Assembly (NCBI GenBank): GCA_964016885.1
Contig: OZ024742.1
Coordinates: forward strand, 64,356,001-64,420,000
Source: Eledone cirrhosa
Taxonomy: Eukaryota
Length of the DNA: 64,000 bases
Direction: 5' to 3'
The position numbers and the translations under genes were made by a program. Positions 11,250-22,654 of the stretch are shown piece by piece (positions within the stretch are counted from its first letter, which is position 1; every line of letters begins with the position of its first letter). Under the pieces are notes generated by a model. It did no database searches. It had not been told where the DNA came from and saw nothing but the letters and a program-made list of their open reading frames with translations.

Positions 11250-14155
11250 GAATAGGGAACAGCCTTTCTTTCAGACTGCACCTCAGAAACTGCTTCAGCT
11301 GACAGGCTAAACTTAGTGAGGGACTGGACACTTGGAGAGGTGATGAGCACCATCTTCTAAGGCCTAATGAAATGCCTTGATTGACAAGCAGTCAAAAAAT
11401 AACATTCTGGATCAGTCAAGGCCTGGAAAACCAATGACCACGCTCTCCACTGCTATTTCCTAGGGTAGATGTGATCAATGTGTAACTGGGATGACAACAA
11501 CAACAACGGCACTCACATCGAGAACTAATAACTTTTCTAAAGAAAATACTGTTTTGGGGACAAGGAAAGTCCACATTCAATAAGCTTGTGGGAGAACAAA
11601 AGATTTACACATGAACTTGCCAGATACATATGACCTATGACCAATGGGCTGGACAGTGGAATTATTTGGGATTGAAGAAACAAATAATCGCAGATTCCAA
11701 CTCTTAGGATTTTGCTAGCATCCGCAAGCTGACCCTAACCAACACACTGTTCCAACACAAGACCTCATGGAGAACAACATGGTATGCACCCAGTGGCAGG
11801 ACTCACAACCAAATTAACTTCATCCTCACACCTCAAATGTCCAAAATGAGTATCAGTAAAGCCAGTACTAAGACCTTCCCTGGTGCAAATGTCAACAGTA
11901 ATCATGACTTGGTTCTGATAAAAATAAAGCTTAAACTAAAAAAGACCCATAAGAAGGATGCCACAGGAATTAGGCTTGATGTAGACAACTAAGTGATCCT
12001 TAGGTTGCAGCAATGTTTGAGGCAAAGTAGATGGCAGATTTGCAGCCCTCAACTTTCTAGAAGATAACACTTTGATCGACAACATCAAGGAAGCACTTTC
12101 TGAAACTGCTTTCAAAGTGCTGGAGAGAAGAAGGAAAAAGAAAACATGGGCCACTGAAGATATCATGGACATGTGATTTAAGACAGAACTTGAGAAAGAT
12201 CAAGCTAATGGATCAAGAGGCAAAGCAGCAATACAACATTGTGTATAGAAAAGTTAGAAAGAAAGTGAGGAACCAAAGAGAAGTGGTTAACCTTTTAGCA
12301 TTTAAACCAGCCTATCCAGCCAGAATTCTCTCTCCACTTTCTGTTCAAACCAGCTGTAACCGGCTACTCATACTGAATAAATAACATCAAAATCTTGTAG
12401 ATTCGATATTAAGTGTGGTAAAGCCTTTACCGTGAAAATATAATAAAAATAGAGTAATGTAAATGCTAAAGGGTTAACAGACCAGTGCAAAAGCATTGAA
12501 GCTGGAGTAAAAAAGGGCAACCGTAAGGCTGCTTATGAAACCTTCAAAATGAAAACAAAAACAAAGCAACACACCACCACTGCCATTGAGAATAAAACAG
12601 GCATCCTCCTCACAGATGAGACTGATGTCATAAAAAATATGGTCTTCGCAATACTCAGACCTTTATAACCACAAACTCAGATATGACATCAACATCCTGG
12701 ACAATTCCACCAACAAGAACAAAGAAATTGGGGATATTACAATTCTCCAGGTGAAGTTGAAGAGGCTGTACACATGTTTAAAGATGGAAAATCCCCAGAA
12801 GTCGATAATAACCCATCAGAGATCCTAAAACACGGAAAGTCAAAACTTATCAAGGCACTGACAGTTATCTGTCAGAAGATATGGGAAACAAAGAAGTGGC
12901 CAAAAGAATGAACCTAATCACTGATGATACCTATTCCCTAAAAGGAAACTTAAGATTCTGCCAAAATTACAGTATAAGCCTAATTAGCCATCCAAGTAAA
13001 GTACAGTTCTTCTAAACAGACATAAGGGAAAGGCAAAGGAAATCCTGGCAGAAGAACATGCAGTATTCAGGTCCTAAAGGAGCAGAGTGGAGCAGATATT
13101 TAACATCAGACTGCTAACTAAGAAACATCTGCAGCACCAATCTGATCTATACTATAACTTCAACTTGAAAAACGCCTTTGATGATGTTTGGCATGAGGGT
13201 TCATGCCAACATCATTCAAGTAATTAAGCATTGCATGAAAACTCAAACAGTACAGTTCTCCTGAATAACAACATCAGAGAATTATTCAGGACAACAGCTG
13301 GAGTTTGACAAGGATGTCTCCTCTACTGGGATTTTCAACATCTTCCTGGAGAACATCATACAAGAGACACTCCAAGACTTCCACACTTCTGCTTCTATTG
13401 GAGGATGGCCCATTTCCAACCTCTGCTTTGTTGGTGATATTGACCTGTCAGGAAACAGCGAAGCAAAACTCTAGGAGCTCACCACCAGACTGGACAAAGT
13501 TATCAGGAGCATACAAAATAGAGATCAGCTTAGAAATAGTTAATAATCATAACCAGAATACAGTAACCAGCATTATGCTGAATGGAGGAAGACTTGAGAA
13601 GTGGACACATTCAAGTACATAGAATCCACTTTGACCAAAGGAAATAATGACAAGACTTGGCTTGGCCTCTTCTGCCATGACTAAGCTGAACATTATATAG
13701 AAAAGCAATTGCAGTTTTCTGATGATGCCCAAATTGTACAAGTCCCTGGTGACTTTGATCCTTCTGTATGGATGTGAGAACTGAACTGTCACAGATGACA
13801 TAGAATGAAGAATCCAGGCATTCAAGCATAAATGCTTCAGAAGGCTGCTAAACATCCTCTATATGGAGCACAAAACAAACAGCTTTGTCAAAAGATGGAA
13901 GCTTGCCTGGTATGGTCAGGTATCCCGCCACAACTCCCTGTCAAAAACCATCCATCAAGGCACAGCCAAGGAAGGGTAAAGAAAAGGCAGACGAAGAAAA
14001 TCATCGCCTAACAACAAAAACACAACATCAGATCACAACACTAAGACCCTTCTACGCATGATGGAAAATAGAGACCAGTGGAAACAGCTGACTACAAAAG
14101 CATCTAGAGTGACACCCCAATAACCGACTGCACCAGTTGTGGGAACTTGATTGCT
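11250..14155 (+). mobile_element. Near full-length decayed RTE (BovB-like) LINE: AP endonuclease + reverse transcriptase pseudogene
   Basis: Frame-hopping translation gives EN motifs (LTLTNTLFQHKTSWRTTWYAPSGRTHNQINFIL; TFPGANVNSNHDLV), RT motifs (KSPEVDNNPSEILK; ISLISHPSKV; KNAFDDVWH; GV*QGCLLS; NLCFVGDIDL) and C-terminus (LLYGCEN*T; RIQAFKHKCFRRLL; KLAWYGQVSR). Many stops and indels; boundaries approximate. Confidence 0.9.
12291..12473 (+). mobile_element. TTAA-target (piggyBac-type) MITE nested in the RTE LINE
   Basis: TIR CCTTTTAGCATTTA..TAAATGCTAAAGGG; TTAA at 12287-12290 and 12474-12477. Removing it restores RTE peptide EKWLTDQCKSIEAG. Confidence 0.93.
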
Positions 14156-14574
14156 TGAATAGTTCTTTGTTTGGTTTGGACCCACTACTCCCAATTTTTG
14201 TGACCACTGTAAAGTACATGAACAACATGCCATTACTGCTATTATTCCTATTCTGAAGATGGGGCTGTGAAAATCTCAAAACATGAATACACTTATGGAT
14301 TTAGGAATACTATTGTTCCAAACTAAACATGAACTAATAACAAGTATGAAAAATCATTACCAAAAAAGATCAAACTTAAATGAATTTGTCTTTTACATAA
14401 CATATAAGTATGTGAAGAGACCTTAACTCCTGACAGAGTCATAAGAGTGCAGTCCTAACACAGCATGCCTTGGGCATTCTAAACCTGGTGGAACCATCCC
14501 TCTCCAGGTCTCAACACAACTGATTTCCTCCAGAGAAAGAAAGAAAGAAACTGATAAAAAGAGATATAGAAAGA

Positions 14575-15250
14575 ATTGACTCCAGTACTTGACTGGTACT
14601 TTATCAAGTTTCAAAATGATGAAAGGCAAAGTTGATTTGAATTCAGAATGCAGCGAGTCAAAATAAATACCATGGCAGTTTTAATCTGATGCCCTAATGA
14701 TATTACCAGTTTGGGTGCCTTTAGTGAAGTACACTTTGTTGCAAGCATTGAGGTCAGATTTTTGGTTTGAAAATACCTTCCTTTCTACCTCCCACTAGAG
14801 AGCCATTGCTGACATTAAAAGGATAAGAACAGCTAACTTGAACTAATTACTGTAAATACTGTATATAAATTGCACCATTTTCCATGAAAGAAAAAGAAAG
14901 GATTTGATCGTCACATCAAACTAAGGAAACAATGTTTTCATTGGTCTTTCCATTGTTGATAGTAGCTGCTAGTTGCAACTCCTGGCAGAAGTGTCATTGC
15001 TTTTCCAGAGACAGGAAGTGGGATTTGAACTCAGAATGCACAAAACCAAACCGGAACACATACTACAAAGCATCTTGTCAGACTCTTTAACAATTCCTCG
15101 AATCCACTGCCTCTGGATTGGTACTTTATGAACACCAAAAAAGATGAAAGGCAAAATTGACTTTGGTGGGATTTAAACTTGGAGTGTAGTGAGCCGAAAC
15201 AAATATCAAGGCATTTAGCCTGATGCTTTGATGACTGCTAATTCACCAGC
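14575..15250 (-). mobile_element. Two to three old, diverged SINE family A-related fragments
   Basis: CTGGTACTTTAT..GATGAAAGGCAAA.TTGA and GGGATTTGAACTCAGAATG motifs at ~14590, ~15020 and ~15120. Confidence 0.6.
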
Positions 15251-15922
15251 TGAAAAGCCACTGTATGATTTAATCTACGGGACCTACAAAACCTCAGTTC
15301 AAAATATATGGTACATTGTAAATGCTCTAAGTTGAAAACATGAAAAAAGAAAACATGATGATGATGATGACAACCATAGTCCTAAAATTTGGGATTTAAA
15401 ATATTTGGTCTCCATTTTGAAAGACACTCCTTAAACAACAAGTGGACTTCTACAAAGGTATGTTAGGAATAATAGCCAAAATCCTATATGTCTGATAATG
15501 GAGTCTTAGATGTAACAATATTTGAAACAAAAAGTAAGATGGTCACAACTGAAAAATGTTGATGGTAAGATTCCAGGTCCAAATCAACAGCTGAGTTAAA
15601 AATGGATAAGTTGTTTGAAAGTGCAGTGTTGATGTTGGTAGTAGCAGTCAGAGCAATTCTGTTAATTACAGATGACATTAATTAACTGCCTCTCTAATTA
15701 GGAAAAAAATAGTAAGTGGTGTTAAAACTTACAGATCAACTTTAATTTATTTGCTGTGAGGAGAGGTGAGTTTGAAACTGTCATGGCGTCAGTGGCTTTC
15801 AGCTGAAAGAAAGCAAGAGAAAGAGATAATGAATAATTTAATTATTAAAAATGGAGACAAAGAGAAAACAAACCAAGAAAATAAAAACAAGTACTTGCAT
15901 ATATTGTAAGGAAATGTTTTAA

Positions 15923-16130
15923 CTCTTTAGCATTTAAACCGAACATATCCGGCTAGAATTCTCTCACCTCTTTCTGTCCAAACCGGCTACTCATACTTAT
16001 GTTAAGGTATTGTTCTCAAAACAAATATCAAAATCTCATAGATTCAACATTATATGAGATAATTATGTGAAATAAAATGTTTACTGTGAAAATACAATAG
16101 TAAATATAGAGTACTATAAATGCTAAAGGG
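15923..16130 (+). mobile_element. TTAA MITE copy
   Basis: TTAA-CTCTTTAGCATTTAAACC..TAAATGCTAAAGGG-TTAA; internal sequence matches 12291-12473. Confidence 0.92.
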
Positions 16131-16375
16131 TTAAATACAGGTTAGATTATTTAAGTGTGAACCATTATAAAAATTCATATTTATATTTCTTGATCAATGA
16201 AGTGCTTACACAGTAAAGAGCTCATGGATATGTGGCTAAGGAGTTTCACTTCACAACCATGTGATTCTAGGTTCATTTCCAATACAAGGCACCTACTATA
16301 GCCTTATAAGTTGAATTTGGTAAACAGAAACTGCAGAAACCCAGTGTGTGTGTGTGCGTGTGCGTGTGCGTGTAT

Positions 16376-17090
16376 TATCATCATCATCATCACCATCATC
16401 GTTTAATGTCTATCTTCCACACTAGTCCCATTTGAGGCAAGATTGATCGGGTGACCATGTCTCGCTTGTACAGAACTGTATCTGGCAGGTTTTCTACGGC
16501 TGGATGCCCTTCCTAACACCAACCACATTTACAGTGTGGACTGGGAACCTTTTTACCGTGCTTCCTACATGGTCACATGGACTGCGTGTCTTTTTTTGTT
16601 GTGACACCTACACAACCTCTTTAGTTTGGAATGGATGTTGTGGTACCAACATAACTTTGGAGTAGGGATAGTGGGTTGGGGTGTATATTTGGTTGGGTGG
16701 GGGCCTACTGACTGTACTGTAGGTTAACTTTGCACATATTACTGTGTGGTCCGAAAGATCTCGATCCAATGACATTGTCTTAGAGAGGTGTAAGTGTGCA
16801 AAGTCGGATTTTATCATGTCGGCCATGTTTGGAATTTCTTCTCTAGTTTAGCCATAGATTCAGCTATGAGAGTTAGATCCTCTGCATATAGAAGTTCCCA
16901 TGGGCAGCCAGTCATAAACTCCTCTGTTATAGCAATAATAAACAGGAAGGGGTTAAGGACGGAGCCTTGATGAACACCTACTTTTACGCTAAATTCTTCA
17001 CTATATTCATTGTTAATTCTAAACCTTGCTGACTGTTTCTTTATACATGGCTTGCTCACAAGCCATTCATCTACTCCTAGTTTTCTAAGG
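16376..17090 (-). mobile_element. Internally deleted RTE LINE: RT core fragment fused to C-terminus + long 3' module
   Basis: ORF 16814-17059 has VGVHQGSVLNPFLF..CPWELLYAEDLTLIAES (RT motifs incl. degenerate YADD), joined directly to DMIKSDFAHLHLSKTMSLDRDL (cf. 46580-46650); (CAT)n tail at ~16378-16400. Confidence 0.88.
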
Positions 17091-17092
17091 GC

Positions 17093-17159
<67 letters not shown>

Positions 17160-17418
17160 AATATACATAGATATATATATATAAATAAATATACACGGGT
17201 GTGTATGATTGTGTATAGAAGATTGTATTAATAAAAGGAATTCCAACTTTGTCTGATTTACTCGTTTTATTTACAATCCTTTAAAATTAAAATGATATTA
17301 TAATGAAATAGTATGGTAGAATATTAAATGTTAAGTTAATTGAACAAGTACTTTCATGCTTTCACAATCTTCAGGTTCATATTTAGTGGTGACAGTCAAG
17401 TTTGCAATTTATATATAT

Positions 17419-17757
17419 GGAGGCACATGGCTTAGTGGTTAGAGCATTGGCCTTGCAATCGAAAGGTTGTGAATTCAATTCTCAGACCGGGTGATGTGTT
17501 GTTGTTTCCTTGAGCAAAACACTTTATTTCACATTGCTCCAGTTTACTCAGCTGTAGAAATGAGATGATAGGGACTGGGGTCCCCATCATTCCACTGCAA
17601 AGTGGTCTTGGAGGTGCCACGGCAAAAAAGCACCCAGCACCCACTGTAAATGAGGTTGGTGTTAGGAAGGGCATCCAGCTGTAGAAATCAAGCCAGAATC
17701 AGTTCCCGTCCTCCCCTTGCAAGCAGGGAAAAACGGACGTAGAATGATGATAATGAT
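17419..17757 (+). mobile_element. tRNA-headed CORE-like SINE (family B) with RTE-derived tail
   Basis: A box TGGCTTAGTGG, degenerate B box, CORE-like CCTTGAGCAAAACACTTTATTTCACATTGCTCCAGTTTACTCAGCTGTAGAAATGAG, then the GGAAGGGCATCCAG module and a tail shared with the RTE at 5226-5277. Confidence 0.85.
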
Positions 17758-17778
17758 ATATATATATATATACACTAA

Positions 17779-18033
17779 CTTGAGCAAGACACTATATTTC
17801 ACATTGCTCCAGTTTACTCAGCTGTAGAAATGAGATGATAGGACTGGGGTCCCTATCATTCCACTGCAAAGTGGTCGTGGAGGTACCACGGAAAAAAAGC
17901 ACCCAGCACTCACTGTAAATGAGGTTGGTGTTAGGAAGGACATCCAGCTGTAGAAACCAAGCCAGAATCAGTTCCCGTCGCACCCTTGCAAGCAGGGAAA
18001 AGGCGGACGTAAAATGATGATGATGATGATGAT
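17779..18033 (+). mobile_element. Second, head-less copy of SINE family B in tandem
   Basis: Starts in CORE (CTTGAGCAAGACACT), highly similar to ~17508-17757, ends (GAT)n. Confidence 0.88.
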
Positions 18034-18235
18034 AACAGAAGTACTGTGTTGTTTGCTTTGTTATCTCTGTTTAACTTTTATATACAAATGTATATATCCC
18101 CCTGCTTGACCTAATTATCTATAGGGATTGGTAATAACAAAACACTATTAGAACTAAAGTAAGACTTCATACTAGTGTGTGGTTAGACAGACAAACTTCA
18201 GGAAGCATCCCAACTTTTACAGACTTCTTCATAAT

Positions 18236-18416
18236 TGTTTCTACATTAGGCACAAGGCCAGCAATTACCCAGTGCATTACTGGTACTTTATTTTATCAAC
18301 ACTGTAAGGATGAAAGGCAAAGTTAACCTTGGCGGGATTTGAACTCAGAATGGCAAGGGCCGTAACTCCATACGTCAAAGCATAGCGCCCGACCCTCTAC
18401 CAATACTGCTAATCCA
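18236..18416 (-). mobile_element. SINE family A, near full length
   Basis: Reverse complement of 9555-9739; 14 bp TSD GACTTCTTCATAAT (18222-18235 / 18420-18433). Confidence 0.92.
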
Positions 18417-18913
18417 TATGACTTCTTCATAATGTATTTCAATTCACTGTGTGAAATACTTTTGTTCAGTCAACAAAAACTTGAGAACTTTTCCTACAAT
18501 TACCTGATACAAAAGATCATGTCTGTGATGCCTCTACTAAATCTAAACCCATCCCCAAAAGTATTTGTTATACACTAAAAAGACTAACCTGTAATAGGTT
18601 GAAGACTGTCCCTATTTTATCTGTTTAGGGGTATATTTATAAAGATAGGGGTAAAATAGATTTCTAACATTTCAGTCTACTAAGATCTGAGAAAAAATAA
18701 CATGTTTCAGAAAAATGTATATTCCAATTACAAGAGTTTCTAGCATAGATACACTTTATCCCTGCATATTCTCCACCTAAATTACGTCATTTTAATGAAA
18801 ATGTTTCTAAAAAATGTTTTTGTCTCTTTACATTGTATCTCCTGATGAAAAGCTAAAGTCTGATACATTGAGCTCATTTCTTCACTCTTTCAACTAAGTA
18901 TGAATGTAATAAT

Positions 18914-19040
18914 TGTTTCTACTTTTGGAACAAGGGCAGCAATTACCCAGTACATTACTGGTACTCGGCGGGATTTGAACTCAGAATGGAAAGGGCCGCA
19001 ACTATGCGTCAAAGCATGGTGTCTGACCTTCTACCAATAC
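18914..19040 (-). mobile_element. SINE family A lacking the central core
   Basis: Tail joined directly to the B-box region (CTGGTACT|CGGCGGGATTTGAAC); TSD TGTAATAAT (18905-18913 / 19041-19049). Confidence 0.85.
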
Positions 19041-20494
19041 TGTAATAATGTTTTATATCTTTGTGTTCGCCTTTTTTGAAGTGCGTGTGTTGCTTTGCAT
19101 CCAGTTTAGAATAGGTACACTATATCATTGTATTAAAAGGTGACTAATATATATATATATATAATGCCATGTGTATCCAGTTAAGAATATGTACACCATA
19201 TTTCTGTGAGTCATTTGAGGAAGCCAAAGAGATAGTGCCAAGAATGTATTTAGCTGTAAAACACTATCTCAAAGTGTCCTGTCCAACCCATGTTTACATG
19301 GAAACCTGAACCTTGTGATGGTAATGACTGATAAGACTCAATTTATCCATTAACTACCAACTCATTGACATGTTATTTCACATGTAATAGGTTAATAGGG
19401 ATGATTAATATTGAATTTAATGAGTTTGTTATCTCATTGTCAGGAGTTCAACTCCTACCAGTGTTTACTTTGCTTGGCATTACTGTGAGGCTCAATAAAA
19501 TGAGTAGCAGTAAATTTGTTTGTTTTTAATGATAGAGGAAGTGGCTGAGCTCGAGGTCCTTTCAGGATCTCCAAGACTAGCGGTTTAGTGTTGAGGCTAA
19601 AAGCTGTGCCTACAGTCCTTTGAGAATCTCCAAGACTAGTGTGGAGGAAGATGTTGTGCCCATGTTCCTTTCAGGATCACCAAGACCAATATGAAAAAGT
19701 AGCTGTCTCCATGGCCCTTTCAGGTGTGGGTGCATGTATTCTAACAACACTGTTTGAAATATGGGTATATGTGGGTGGGTAGGTTGGAGTGGTGAGGAGG
19801 GGTGTCTGTCATGACAACACAGTCTCATGTGTGAATGCAGTGTTTTGAGGTCAGTCATTATCTTTACAGCTCACACCTGTCATAGGTTTAACTGGCCTCC
19901 TCTGGAGTTCTATTTCTTAGGAAGTTTCTCAAGTTTTTTAATAGGAGCCCCAGCCTTATGTTCTTGTTACAGGTCCCCCTATGTATGTTTAGTTGGCCAC
20001 TCACAAGAATGCATCTCATAGGAGGTCTTGGATGTTTTAATGATAGAGTCCCAATCCTATGGGACTAATTCAAATGACTATATACTACCTTTTCTACATA
20101 AATTGAACAATTGCTTGTATAGAATAAATTCTTATTTCACATCCTATAATGAAGTGGGGTGATGCTGAAATGTTAACAAGCCAGATTGGAAGTTTTATAC
20201 AACAATAATTACACAAAAACATTATATTACAGCTGAATTCATCATCATCATTTTTACATCTTTCCATGTTAGCACGAGTTAGACATGACTTTTTGAGGCA
20301 GAGTTCTATGCCTTTCCTACATCAACCCTTTTTTTATTAATAAGGTACTGATCTTCAGATGTCAACTACTTAGCTACAGGACTATTGTTAATGCAGAACA
20401 TAAACAAAAGTTACCACCTGTGTTAGCAGAGTCAAATGTGAAGTGAGATAACAATTAGTTGTTGGACTTCCACCAGTTCTGATGAGTCTACCCG

Positions 20495-20750
20495 TTGTTT
20501 AAACAATAGAACAGCCTGCTCGTGAAATTAATGCAAATGGCTGACATGTATCCATAACATAATTCTTAGGGAGATTCAGTGCGACACAGTGAGTGGCGTA
20601 GGCTGGCCCTTTAAATTACAGGTACAACTGTTTTTTGACAGCTGAGTGGACTGGAGCAATATGACATGAAATATCTTGTTCAAGAACACAACACACAGCC
20701 AGAAATTGAATTCACACCGTTTTAATTGTGAGCTGAATAACCACTAACCA
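20495..20750 (-). mobile_element. Diverged CORE-like SINE with a different 3' part
   Basis: CAGCTGAGTGGACTGGAGCAAT..TCTTGTTCAAGAACACAACAC..CACTAACCA is the reverse complement of the family B head and CORE. Confidence 0.65.
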
Positions 20751-21840
20751 GAGACAAAAAACACAAATACACACACAGCAACACATGTACACAGGAAGAC
20801 TTGACAATTAACCAGGAAGGGTTGTATCTTCAAATTGTGTACAAATTGCTAGAGACCAAAAGCGATAGAGACTAGAAACAGCTGACAGCTTACAGAGAAT
20901 ATTCAAGTAATAATGGAGGAAAGAAAAGGGAGAAGAACTGCAATGAGATGAAGAGAGGAATGACAGAAAAGTATTCTGTAAACTACTGAAATAAATTTGG
21001 GGATTCCAAAAGAAAGGCCTTGTCTCATTAAAATCAAATGATGAAAGCAGAGCAAAGTTCTTTCAGACAGCAAGAGAGTATTGAAAAGATGAACTAAACA
21101 TTTGCAGTATCTAGAATTTGTGCTGGAATCTGAAAACATGGTGCATTTAGCCTGACTGACACTAAGTTGATCAATATGACAGACATCATCATCTTCATTT
21201 AACATCCATTTTCCCAGCTAGCAAATGTTGAATAAGTTGTCACAAACCAAGTCAATACTTAATTGGAGCTACTGACTTCTCAGGTCGAGGGCTGCATTTC
21301 ACTTACATACATTCCTGCCTTCTATAGCATGCACCAGGTGAATTTTATTGTGGCACCTGCACTAGGGAGATTGCAATGTCTTGGCACAATTAAAGAGCAA
21401 CCATCCTGCTTTAATCCTGTATATTAGTTCTTAGTACACACCTTTTTCTTTTAAGCCACAAGTATTTTTGACTAACAATTTAAAAGCAGTTTGTTTGGCA
21501 AGCGAGAAACAAATGAGAAACACTACAGCTAATTGGCCTGTCTAAAGATAACCACTCTCAGTTGTGAAATGGGAATGATGGGTGATATATTCAGCTAGGT
21601 TAAGTGAAAGGAATAAAGAAATGTGGTTTGCCTAAGGTGGGGAGCTCAATGCAATGACTATAGGCATGAGGCTATGCACTTTTGATGAAAGAGTCAGTAG
21701 AGCAACAGCTTAGTCAATTCATAGATCTATGCTGCCAAAAGCACTTGGTATGGTGTTACAGCTTTAATATTCAACCTGGTGTTGAAATACAACTCACAAA
21801 CAACTTACTGAATTACTTCATTTTGTGTTAAAATGCACAC

Positions 21841-21890
<50 letters not shown>

Positions 21891-22654
21891 TACAGAGATG
21901 TATATGTACACATACACAAGCTTATATACTCAGATTCTCACACACACAGAGATATTTAAAAAAACGTAAAACACTTTATATACACTATCTTCATATATGA
22001 TATAAATACACATTAATGAAATACTTGTAGTGAGTTAACTGGCTAATTAAGTTCAAATTATATTCTAATTAAAATAGTTTGTGCTACATGTAATTAACAA
22101 GAATAAACTCATCAGAGGTACAAGATACCAATTAAGAACTTCGTTCTGCCCCCAACTCAATAAGTAGCTACAAGGCTTTATTTAACATTGGTAGAGGGGA
22201 AACTACAGAAGTCTGTCAAGTGTGTGTCTTCATGTCTATGTTTATATTTGCCTTCGTCTTGTTACTTCCCATAAATTGGCTGTTCAACAAAAAGAGATCA
22301 ATGAAATATGTACCAGACCTTAAACAAGTACTCAGGTCAATATGGTTGACTATTTCAAGGTGGTGCTGCATCATGGCCACAGTCTAATAACTGAAACCAA
22401 TAATATGTGTGTGTGAGTAGTCTGTAGTGTATTGGTGTGTATATTACATTAACATATATTAATGTGAAGGCAACAAGTTGGCAGAAAAAGACTATACTCC
22501 CACTTCCCATTGCTTACTCCACCCCAGGAAAACTGGCCTTGTGCCAAGTGGAACAACATCAATATACAGAGGCTGGACTATTAATGTTAACAGTTTGTTT
22601 AATATAGAGTTTCATTTCAACATGAATCTATCAACATGACAGACTGGGTTGTAT

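Noticed and set aside
15480-15700. Possible CR1/L2 endonuclease remnant (minus strand, LDL..PLSD)
   Set aside because: Similarity too short and degenerate to support.
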